Part shown: positions 1 to 7,994 of the stretch, in pieces
How positions within the stretch are numbered: the first letter of the stretch is position 1
How the letters are laid out: every line of letters begins with the position of its first letter
Virus record (IMG/VR): IMGVR_UViG_3300050821_002122
Span: 125,690 to 189,689 of that record
Origin: a virus
Reading direction: 5' to 3' (one strand)
Length of the DNA stretch: 64,000 nt
Translations under genes and position numbers: made by a program
The notes under the pieces: model-generated
Database searches by the model: none
Seen by the model: the letters and a program-made list of their open reading frames with translations, nothing else
What the model was told of the DNA's origin: nothing

Positions 1-2303
1 ATGCGATTGTTAAACGGATTGTTGTCTTTGTGGTCTACTTCAACTGGAAGGTACCCGTAAACCAGCAAAAAGGCTATTCTATGTGCTCTATACAACTCAC
101 CATTTAGGGATAGGTACCACGAATCTTTACGTTTGGAGCCTGCCACACTTCCTATAGGTGTATTGCGGCTGCGAGCTTGTTTCCAGGTGAATTTTCCACT
201 ATCTGGGTCGTAAATAAACCACTCATCCATGAGTTTTTTTAGGTCTTTATCTTCTTGCGGAATACCAGGGATAGCTATATATGCCTGCCGCAATTTCTGA
301 CCAATGCGGAAAATACCAGCCAGCACATCGTCAAGTCCAACGTAAGACCACACACGTACCTCATGCGCGGAATAATCGTAACGCATGAGCAGATAGCCCT
401 TAGGCGTAATGAACATGTGCTTGATGATCTTGGCCAATTTACCACGAGATGGAATCGTTTGCAAGCTTGGGTTCTTCGATGCCAGTCGCCCTGTAGCGAC
501 ATCGAAATACGAATAGTCGGGTCGCAGATGATGGTCTTCAATACTGTCCGCATTAGAGCGGAGTTTTTTCAGCCAACCCTTAGCATAGGTGCCCAGCAGC
601 TTAGAGAGTTTCGAGTAATCACCGTAGGCTGCTACGACCTGATTCTTATCCTTGTTGGCGGCAACAAAGGCTTTGTCGACCGACGATTCACCCTGCTTGG
701 TCGTGTTGACCGGCTCGTAACCCATGACATCGAAGAATAGAGTACGCAAGTGATTACCCTTGCTAAGACTCAATGCCCAATTCAATGCCTTGGCTCTCGC
801 TTTGCCGAACAGTCCTTTGGTTTTCAAACCGCTCTTAGCAAGTATGATATCGTTTGCCTTCACCGCCTCCGGGAACACACGGAATGCATTGCTGAGATTT
901 TTCATCTCAGTACGAAGCGGACTTTCTGTGGAGGTGAGATACTTCAGGTACTTCGCATCTATCAAGGACCCATCTTCGCGCAGGTGACTCAGTTGATGGA
1001 CGGTATCGGACATTTGGTACTGCATATGACGTACGAAATACTCACCATAAGGCTTACCATCGATCAGCTGGTGATCTGCCATCTTGATCTGTTCTTGGCG
1101 CATTGCGAGAATCGATACTACGTCCATGGCGGCATAGCGCAAGAAGTGCTTGTCGTTGGGCTTGATGTTACCGCAAGTGTTGCGATCTTCCTTGCTGAAC
1201 TTCGTAGTCTCGCGGTAGTAGAAGTCGTTGCGATAGCTGCATAGCACAGCAGCCAAGTTACCTGGCTTTGATCCGAAGTTCGACAGCTCGACGATATTTT
1301 CATCGAGGTCATGCTCACCCGCGATGATATCCCATGCGCGGTGTAGAATGATTGGTATCTTGAAATAGCGACGTATGACTCGCAGATCGTAGGGACCGTT
1401 AAAGAACACAAACTCTTTAAGACCCTTCTTTTCTGCCTCACTGAAAAATGCCTTCAGTTCACGGCGTATGTATGCAAGTTCCTCTTTGGTCCACGGTGTC
1501 ATTGGGTGGCTCAATGGAAGCACGTACCCGACGTCGGGATTCAATTCGGTGGCGAACTGCATCGTGTAGATTTTATTGAAGTGGACTGAGAGGTCTTTAG
1601 TCTCCGTATCCAATGCAATAGTCTTCGACTTGCGCAGGCGTACCATCAGCTTGTCGAATAATTCTATGGTGCCGATGTACTTAGGTTTAGGTTCCACGTG
1701 ACCAATGTCATGCGGATGTTTACCCAGCAATAGATTGTTCAAGTGTCTGCACCAGAAGCCCAGCAGATTGGCATACTTACCGTCTTTCTCCAACAATCGG
1801 CTGAAGTCCAACGTCGATACGACTTTCAACTTCAGATCATGCGACTTGAGGTCATGGACCCATCCGCGCTTGTAGGTATGCTTCTCTACCTGCGGCCACA
1901 TAGCGTTCATGGCTTCGTCACCGGAGACCAGTACATGCGTCGGCTGTAGTTTCTCAATAAGCTTGTGCATGTGGGCAGCGAACTCAAGTTCTGCTTGCTT
2001 GCGGGCTTTGCCCTTCAGGTGAAGGTGCCGTTTCTGATTGAAGTTCGCTACTGCGTAAGAAGCCTCGGCTGCACCTTCTTTGTAGGAGCGCACAATACCC
2101 CTGGTATACTTGATCGCGTTCTTGAATGCTGTGTTGACATTGCGGTCTTGAAGCAACCCTCGTGCTTTGAGATCGCGGCCGTCAACCGTTTGTAGGCATA
2201 CCAGTACGCGCTTCTTACTTTGCTTCCAGTCAGAGCAACGAGGCATATGCAGATTGTATGCGTCCTCGTCCTCATATGGAAACTTGAATGTGGTCTCAAG
2301 CAT
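1..2303 (-). CDS. polA: Family A DNA polymerase (N-terminal UDG-like domain, 3'-5' exonuclease, polymerase motif A) continuing in frame into an HNH domain; truncated at window edge
   Basis: Manual translation from ATG 2303 (SD GAGGTG) is open to position 1, so it is missing from the ORF track. ExoI IALDTET, ExoII FNGPYDL, ExoIII YAAMD, TGRLASKNPSLQTIP, motif A YDYSAHEVRV; then YDPDSG...AHRIAF...VDHKDNNPFNNR. Confidence 0.93.
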   Translation of the reverse strand, partial: MLETTFKFPYEDEDAYNLHMPRCSDWKQSKKRVLVCLQTVDGRDLKARGLLQDRNVNTAFKNAIKYTRGIVRSYKEGAAEASYAVANFNQKRHLHLKGKARKQAELEFAAHMHKLIEKLQPTHVLVSGDEAMNAMWPQVEKHTYKRGWVHDLKSHDLKLKVVSTLDFSRLLEKDGKYANLLGFWCRHLNNLLLGKHPHDIGHVEPKPKYIGTIELFDKLMVRLRKSKTIALDTETKDLSVHFNKIYTMQFATELNPDVGYVLPLSHPMTPWTKEELAYIRRELKAFFSEAEKKGLKEFVFFNGPYDLRVIRRYFKIPIILHRAWDIIAGEHDLDENIVELSNFGSKPGNLAAVLCSYRNDFYYRETTKFSKEDRNTCGNIKPNDKHFLRYAAMDVVSILAMRQEQIKMADHQLIDGKPYGEYFVRHMQYQMSDTVHQLSHLREDGSLIDAKYLKYLTSTESPLRTEMKNLSNAFRVFPEAVKANDIILAKSGLKTKGLFGKARAKALNWALSLSKGNHLRTLFFDVMGYEPVNTTKQGESSVDKAFVAANKDKNQVVAAYGDYSKLSKLLGTYAKGWLKKLRSNADSIEDHHLRPDYSYFDVATGRLASKNPSLQTIPSRGKLAKIIKHMFITPKGYLLMRYDYSAHEVRVWSYVGLDDVLAGIFRIGQKLRQAYIAIPGIPQEDKDLKKLMDEWFIYDPDSGKFTWKQARSRNTPIGSVAGSKRKDSWYLSLNGELYRAHRIAFLLVYGYLPVEVDHKDNNPFNNR

Positions 2304-2329
2304 ATGCACCTCTGTGTGATCGATATATC

Positions 2330-2339
2330 TATTTACTAG
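2330..2339 (-). promoter_or_regulatory. CTAGTAAATA motif upstream of DNA polymerase (putative phage-specific promoter)
   Basis: Recurrent intergenic motif, here just after a terminator and ~27 nt before the ATG. Confidence 0.6.
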
Positions 2340-2350
2340 GCCACAATAGG

Positions 2351-2384
2351 AAAAAGCGACTGCTCTTGGTAGAGTCAGTCGCTT
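2351..2384 (-). terminator. Rho-independent terminator
   Basis: AAGCGACTG/CAGTCGCTT stem with a U-tract on the minus strand. Confidence 0.7.
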
Positions 2385-2396
2385 CTTGGTTAGAAT

Positions 2397-2678
2397 CTAG
2401 CTTGAGGTTGCAGGACCTCCCCAATACGTAGCGATAGTCTTGCCGGCCTCATTCATCACATACGCATTCCCGTAGAGAACCAACTTCTCCCGGCGTTCAC
2501 TGTTGTAATCGATGGTCAGCGTTCGTGGATACTTGGTATGAAAATCTCCGAGGTCAGGGTCTTGCGCCTCCATGTTGAACTTGATTTGTGCTGCATCAGG
2601 AATTTGGATGATACGGAATCCTTTTACAGGATCGGTGTCAGGCAAGTCCTCGTCGGCCATGAGTTTCAGGTATAACAT
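2397..2678 (-). CDS. Hypothetical protein (93 aa)
   Basis: ORF with GGAGA SD, in the minus-strand gene run. Confidence 0.7.
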   Translation of the reverse strand: MLYLKLMADEDLPDTDPVKGFRIIQIPDAAQIKFNMEAQDPDLGDFHTKYPRTLTIDYNSERREKLVLYGNAYVMNEAGKTIATYWGGPATSS

Positions 2679-2737
2679 ATAGTTCTCCTAGTAGTGGTAA
2701 GTGGCTACAGTTTCGGTCGATAGCCTTGGACCTGAAC

Positions 2738-3097
2738 TTAGATACGCAGCATCGCCGTAGCGTCACTGAGGCGTTCGGTGATATTCTTGACGCGACACAG
2801 AAGGTGCTCAAGGTCTTGCTCGATTGGAGTCATCGCACGTGAAGGTTCTTCGTTACCACCTACTGCGTCTCTGCTGTCCATCAGCGAGATCGGTGCCAGT
2901 CGGTTGACGTGTTCGATCAGGACCTGTTCAGCATTGTACAACGCTACGCCGATCTCCTCGATGAACTCTTTCGTAGGTGAGATACGCGCCGCCTCAGGAA
3001 CCTTGGTCAGCGTGCCAGTGCCAACCCCAGTATTTTGGGAGCCAGTCATAGCAGAACGGATTGAAGTGCCGACGATCATTGTCTTTTTAGATGCCAT
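2738..3097 (-). CDS. Hypothetical coiled-coil protein
   Basis: ORF with SD; weak similarity to the neighbour (TPIEQDLEHL vs TPLQADFNHL). Confidence 0.7.
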   Translation of the reverse strand: MASKKTMIVGTSIRSAMTGSQNTGVGTGTLTKVPEAARISPTKEFIEEIGVALYNAEQVLIEHVNRLAPISLMDSRDAVGGNEEPSRAMTPIEQDLEHLLCRVKNITERLSDATAMLRI

Positions 3098-3111
3098 AGT
3101 ATTCTCCTGAG

Positions 3112-3453
3112 TTAGCCGATGAAGTTACGGCGAATTTGTGCCAGCCAGCGCGTGCGACGCTCGACTTCGCGGCTCATGTTGCGCAGTTGGTTCTGATATC
3201 CGGTGGCCGACGATGACGTAGGTGGTATTTTCGATTCTTCCTCTTTGCACTCTTCTGACTCATCGAATAAATCTGGATTCACCAACGGCTTAACCGTGGC
3301 AGTCAGCAGTTCGGATTCTGCTCGTAAGTTATCGACAGCTTCGATCAGGTGGTTGAAGTCTGCTTGCAGGGGAGTAAGCGGACCACTGTCTCCTGGGACA
3401 ACTTCGGGCAATTCTGCGACACGTTCTTTTGCTTTGGATTTACGGGTAGTCAT
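3112..3453 (-). CDS. Hypothetical coiled-coil protein
   Basis: ORF with GGAGG SD, ATGA-type overlap with the upstream gene. Confidence 0.7.
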   Translation of the reverse strand: MTTRKSKAKERVAELPEVVPGDSGPLTPLQADFNHLIEAVDNLRAESELLTATVKPLVNPDLFDESEECKEEESKIPPTSSSATGYQNQLRNMSREVERRTRWLAQIRRNFIG

Positions 3454-3845
3454 GATACCTCCTTATAGATGATGCCGACATTTATTTCAGCGCCGACATG
3501 GTCATGTGAAAAATAGAAACGTGGGTACTGCAGGCACAACTCTACATGTATCAAACGTTCTGGTTTGCCGATATAGTGCCGATGCTTGATGAACCTATCA
3601 CCATTAGTTTGCATATCGAGTAGAATTGCATTCACCATTGCGTCCAGTATCTGATTCTCGTACATACCTTCAGCGAAAGGGACATCAACGTCAAACCAAT
3701 TGGTGATCGATTGTTTGTTGAAGTATTCGTCTTGTGCCGGATCATGAGGCGGTGCCATCTTGATGACGACGTTCTCGTATTCGATGCCCAAACGTTGGGC
3801 AAGCAAGCGGCCGAAAGCCTCTGCCTCCAGATAACATTTACTCAT
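3450..3845 (-). CDS. Hypothetical protein (131 aa)
   Basis: ORF with GAGG SD, tight packing. Confidence 0.7.
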   Translation of the reverse strand: MSKCYLEAEAFGRLLAQRLGIEYENVVIKMAPPHDPAQDEYFNKQSITNWFDVDVPFAEGMYENQILDAMVNAILLDMQTNGDRFIKHRHYIGKPERLIHVELCLQYPRFYFSHDHVGAEINVGIIYKEVS

Positions 3846-3854
3846 AGTGACCTC

Positions 3855-4241
3855 TCAGATTACGCCGAGATAACTCTCGATCTCGATGCGCAGATGACCC
3901 GCAGGGGATATATAGAACATTGGTAAGCGTGAGTAGAACCACACTGAGGGGTTATGCATTTTGGCCTCAGCATGAGCATGGATACAGTCTGCAATGCGGT
4001 CAAGAGTTGCCTTGACCAAGCGCGTGGTGATGTGGTCTTGCGTCAGATCGTGTATGGTAAACACATGCTGCTCTCTGTAAGCAGGTAGTATTATGAATTT
4101 CTTTGGTCCACCGATCATTGGTGCAGCGCTCAAGTCCCATGCTGTATTGATAGCGAACAGGTTTGGAACCTGCTTCATAAGCGCAGGCTCTACCTTGCTA
4201 CGTGCCAACTCATATGGATCAAGGGTTATCCAATCATCCAT
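3855..4241 (-). CDS. Hypothetical protein (128 aa)
   Basis: ORF with GAGG SD. Confidence 0.7.
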   Translation of the reverse strand: MDDWITLDPYELARSKVEPALMKQVPNLFAINTAWDLSAAPMIGGPKKFIILPAYREQHVFTIHDLTQDHITTRLVKATLDRIADCIHAHAEAKMHNPSVWFYSRLPMFYISPAGHLRIEIESYLGVI

Positions 4242-4337
4242 GTTATTCCTCGGTCTTCGTTTCTATCACTGTCAGTTCGGCTGTGACCATACCGTTGAGG
4301 TTTGCTTTGATTGCGTTGGAGACGGTTTCGGGTAAGC

Positions 4338-4664
4338 TCATGATATTCCTTTGAGAGGGTTATTGCTTTCGATATAGATATTTGGTTCAACAAATGCAGG
4401 TGCTTGAACTACTTCGATGCCTTCGATTAAGAAAGACACCACACTACGATAGACCGACCGCCTGCAATCCGACTTTGCTAGAAAGCATTGGTCTACATTC
4501 AGATGCGAATTCTGATTCAGAAAGAAGTCACCTTTCTTCAAGTCCTTGAAATATGCTGGTACCCAATTATTGTTGTACCAAATTTCTATGCACCTGTCGT
4601 TAGGCCCATCCTGTTCCGTGGACCACACACGGGTTACTACTGCCGTTCTTGTTACTAGGTCCAT
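4338..4664 (-). CDS. Hypothetical protein (108 aa)
   Basis: ORF preceded by CTAGTAAATA (4702-4711) and a terminator. Confidence 0.7.
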   Translation of the reverse strand: MDLVTRTAVVTRVWSTEQDGPNDRCIEIWYNNNWVPAYFKDLKKGDFFLNQNSHLNVDQCFLAKSDCRRSVYRSVVSFLIEGIEVVQAPAFVEPNIYIESNNPLKGIS

Positions 4665-4751
4665 ATTAATTCCTGATGTGAGTGGATTAACTGTGTTCTA
4701 GTATTTACTAGCCGAAGAAAAGGGCTCCCAATCGATGAGAGCCCGTTGCCT

Positions 4752-5246
4752 TCATTTCTTTTGCAAGTGTTCGTACATCTTCTTCAGCGAAGACTGCACT
4801 ATCGCTTTGCCTTCCTCGGTACGTATGAACGCCGGAAGATGTATGATGTTGTTGGACAGCCATACTTGTTGATCCGGCGTCAAATTATCGCCTATGGCAG
4901 AACGTAGTTGATCGAAGAAAGCTTTCATTGGAGTTTCCTCTGGAAGAGTAGCGGTCGCTTCTGGGAACGGCGATGGCTCAGTGACAGCCGCAGGCGCAGG
5001 GGCAACCGCATCTGGAAAAGGAGACGGCGGTGCTGCAATGGCCAGGGGTTGCGCGACTTGTGCAGTGAGGGGAGCGAACCTCTGCATCTCAGACGCGATC
5101 ATGGCCTTCATCGTAGCAGTCATGTCGGTTGTGCCGACTTGACCAAGAGCGGTGTTGTTGAGTTGACCTGCCATGTTCGATACATTGGCCAACTGTGATT
5201 GAATACTGGACAGCATTTGCTGTATGTGATTAGCATCGTAAGCCAT
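4752..5246 (-). CDS. Hypothetical Gln/Pro/Ala-rich protein, partner of the upstream Gly-rich protein
   Basis: ORF with GGAGG SD, followed by a GGGCTC/GAGCCC terminator hairpin. Confidence 0.8.
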   Translation of the reverse strand: MAYDANHIQQMLSSIQSQLANVSNMAGQLNNTALGQVGTTDMTATMKAMIASEMQRFAPLTAQVAQPLAIAAPPSPFPDAVAPAPAAVTEPSPFPEATATLPEETPMKAFFDQLRSAIGDNLTPDQQVWLSNNIIHLPAFIRTEEGKAIVQSSLKKMYEHLQKK

Positions 5247-5297
5247 GATTACCTCCGTTGTAAGGAAAGGAGTGGGGCCCCACTCCTTCGTGTTACG

Positions 5298-6320
5298 TTA
5301 TGCTACGTTGGTAGGATTGGCAGTCTGCGGGCCAGTAACGACAGCGCCGCTGTTACCGGCGATAACGTTGCTGTTAGTAGCGTGAGCAACCTGCACCAGG
5401 CCACCCAGAGTCTGGGCGATCTGAGCCAACAGGAAGCCCTGTTGTTGCTGTTGCTGTTGAGCCTGACCTTGTGCTTGTGCCTGAACTGCATTGGCCGTAT
5501 TGTTGATGCTCAGACGCATTTCTGCGCCATCGGCGGCACGGCGACCTTCCGATTGCAGTTCGATGACGCGAGCATTCAACTCGTTGATACGGGTCGAATC
5601 CTCCAACTGGAAGCGCGAGAACAGCATGCCGCGCGTCTTGTCGCCATCGTTCTGGATTGCTTCGCGGGTTTGGCAACCCTGGGCCGATACGTTCTGGTTC
5701 AGGTTGCAGATCGCAGTACCCAACAGAGCGCCGACGTTCTGCACCGTGTCTTTGGTATTTGCGAATGCTTGCTGCGTGCCCAGAGCCAAAGAGGCCAAGT
5801 CACGTTCCAGAGCGATGGTTTGTTGCAGCGTGACGTTGGTCAGGCCAGCAGCGGCGGATGCTACAGCAGCCTGGGTACGGCACTCGGACGCAGGGATCGA
5901 TGCTTCAATCGAACCCAGTTTGGCCAGAATTTGTGTGTCGAAGATCGTGTCTTCGATGCGAGTTTCTGCGCGACCGCCTTCACCACCCTCACCACCACGA
6001 CCACCGCGACGACCGTTCATGAATTCACCTGCGAAGAAGCCGAGTGCAGCAGCACCCAGCATGCCGAAACCACCATCACGGCAATCACTGCCGCCTCGAC
6101 GACCTTCTGCTGCCAGTGCTGGCAGAACCGATGCCCATATGCCGTCCATGTTGCCTCCTTTGCCGGTATCACCGAAAATGTTCACGTCAACTTTGTCTTT
6201 GATGCTGGTACCTTCGCTCATGTTATCACCCATTTGGTTGAGTTTAGAAAGGATTGCGTCGGCACGCGCCTGGCTATGGCGCTCATGCGTGGGCAAATCT
6301 ATCCCGTCAATAGGGTCCAT
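5298..6320 (-). CDS. Gly-rich/poly-Gln conserved phage protein (family often annotated hemolysin-like; function unknown)
   Basis: GGFGMLGAAALGFFAG hydrophobic Gly segment, CQTREAIQNDGDKTR motif, QAQAQGQAQQQQQQQ tract; strong SD GGAGG. Confidence 0.75.
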   Translation of the reverse strand: MDPIDGIDLPTHERHSQARADAILSKLNQMGDNMSEGTSIKDKVDVNIFGDTGKGGNMDGIWASVLPALAAEGRRGGSDCRDGGFGMLGAAALGFFAGEFMNGRRGGRGGEGGEGGRAETRIEDTIFDTQILAKLGSIEASIPASECRTQAAVASAAAGLTNVTLQQTIALERDLASLALGTQQAFANTKDTVQNVGALLGTAICNLNQNVSAQGCQTREAIQNDGDKTRGMLFSRFQLEDSTRINELNARVIELQSEGRRAADGAEMRLSINNTANAVQAQAQGQAQQQQQQQGFLLAQIAQTLGGLVQVAHATNSNVIAGNSGAVVTGPQTANPTNVA

Positions 6321-6708
6321 AAGTTCCTCCTTGTGTCCTATTGATTACGTCTAGCGATGAAAAGGCATCGCCACCTTTTGTCAACGGTGAGAGCCACCGT
6401 TAGCTTCGCCGCGTAGTGCGGCAAAACGAATCGATGGAGAAGGGAGTTGTATATTCTTGTTCTTGGTGAAGAGAGGAGTGTGTAGGGAAACACTGAGGCT
6501 GTTTTTAGCCTATAGGTATAGGAGAAGGTGGAGGCCTATTTATGGCTCTGGTATAGCGGAGAAGGTGTCGCGGGTAAATCTGAGTATTATGGGAGAATTG
6601 CAGACGGTCGTTGTCGACCTGTAGATATTTGAGAGGAGGTAGAAGCCTATTTATGGCCTGTAGTGTGTGACGCACAGAGAGCGCGTCGATATAATGAGAA
6701 TAAAATTA

Positions 6709-6736
6709 AAGTGAGTTGCCCTGAAGCAACTCACTT
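6709..6736 (-). terminator. Rho-independent terminator
   Basis: AAGTGAGTTGC/GCAACTCACTT perfect stem, U-rich tail on the minus strand. Confidence 0.75.
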
Positions 6737-6739
6737 GTT

Positions 6740-7994
6740 TCAACGCCTGTTACCTAACACGATATTACGGTTGGCGATATTAATTGCGTTCAAGGCACTA
6801 GTCTCACCAACCACCACACCTTTGGCAAAAGCATCCTTGATGGCTTGCTCCATCAGGTAAAGAATATGCCAATCGACATTAGGCTTGATGTGATCTTGCA
6901 CCACGGTAGTATCACCAAGCGTAACCGTGAGCCTGATCTTCTGGTCCTCGGCCCGACAATAAGGAGTCAGGTCAAGTTGCAGGCCTGGGCTACTCTTCAT
7001 CATATCGTCTATGCGGGCTTGTACCTCGTCAGTTTTCATTTCAACCTCCCGTGTAGCCATTTAGGGAACAGCATGGGTCGTAACATAGGCATCATGCAAT
7101 GTCCTGCCATGAAGCCCAGGCGTGGTCTGTCAGAGCTTTCCATTTCAATGCGAGCACCTCGGGCATCTTGCATGTAGCTTTTTATCAGAGCGGGTTGGTT
7201 GTTCTTATACGTCTGTATATGGTTCACCATTTGCAAAACGTCTTGGTAGCCGTAGTCCATACCTTCTATGAAGACCAGAACCGCGAACATCCAATGCAGC
7301 ATCGAGTTGGCTTTGTGGGCACGCTGCAAGAACAACAGCATATTGCTGTTGCGCCTGCGGTCTTGCATCTGAGCCAAACCAATGAAGTCCTCGCTCAGTG
7401 CATTGTGCATGATGCCAGTATGCAGGCCCGTCATACCGCTGAGGCGATTGATGATGTCAGTCATCTGTGCATCGTTCATTTGCGTCTCCTGCCGCATAAA
7501 GCCCGGCGTTGCTTCTTGCGTTTGTTGAATGCCTTCAGTTGCAAGCGTTTGAGTATACGGTCAGATTCAATCTTAGCTACCTGTATCTCGAAGCAGACCA
7601 TCGTTTTCATCATGAGTGGGTGAACGAAATTCTCTATAAGAGAATTGTGAGTAGAAGCCATACGTGCAGTGAGGTCTGCCCGTTGCTGCTTAAGGTACTC
7701 GGTTAGAGAAGAAGCCTCTGCCGCGAACGCACTCGTAAGAAAATATGGACTGACACCAACCTTACTGGCAAGGGAATCCAGAATAGATTTTTGAAATGCG
7801 CCAAGGTGTGATTCAGCCTCGCTCATGTCAACGCAGTCCATAGTACCAACAGGTACGTTAGTAAGTAGGTGATTTTCGATGGTTGCGATGCTCGCAAAGA
7901 AATCAGGATTCATTGTTGAGTGAATCTGTTCATGCCAGGTATCGTCTTCCGTAACCTCAAGCAGTGGCTGCTCGGGCTTCTCTGTGTTTGGCAA
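6740..7994 (-). CDS. Three overlapping hypothetical proteins (6740-7060, 7036-7497, 7476-7994)
   Basis: Consecutive minus-strand ORFs downstream of the AAA ATPase. Confidence 0.65.

Noticed and set aside
200-330. Intein in the DNA polymerase
   Set aside because: No Cys/Ser-initiated splicing block A is recognisable before the HNH domain; the far end lies outside the window
255-1244. Plus-strand ORFs of 161 and 164 aa
   Set aside because: They lie antisense to the polymerase, which the track missed because it runs off the edge
5199-6354. Long plus-strand ORFs (381 and 287 aa)
   Set aside because: They are antisense shadows of the biased-codon minus-strand gene, with no SD and no motifs
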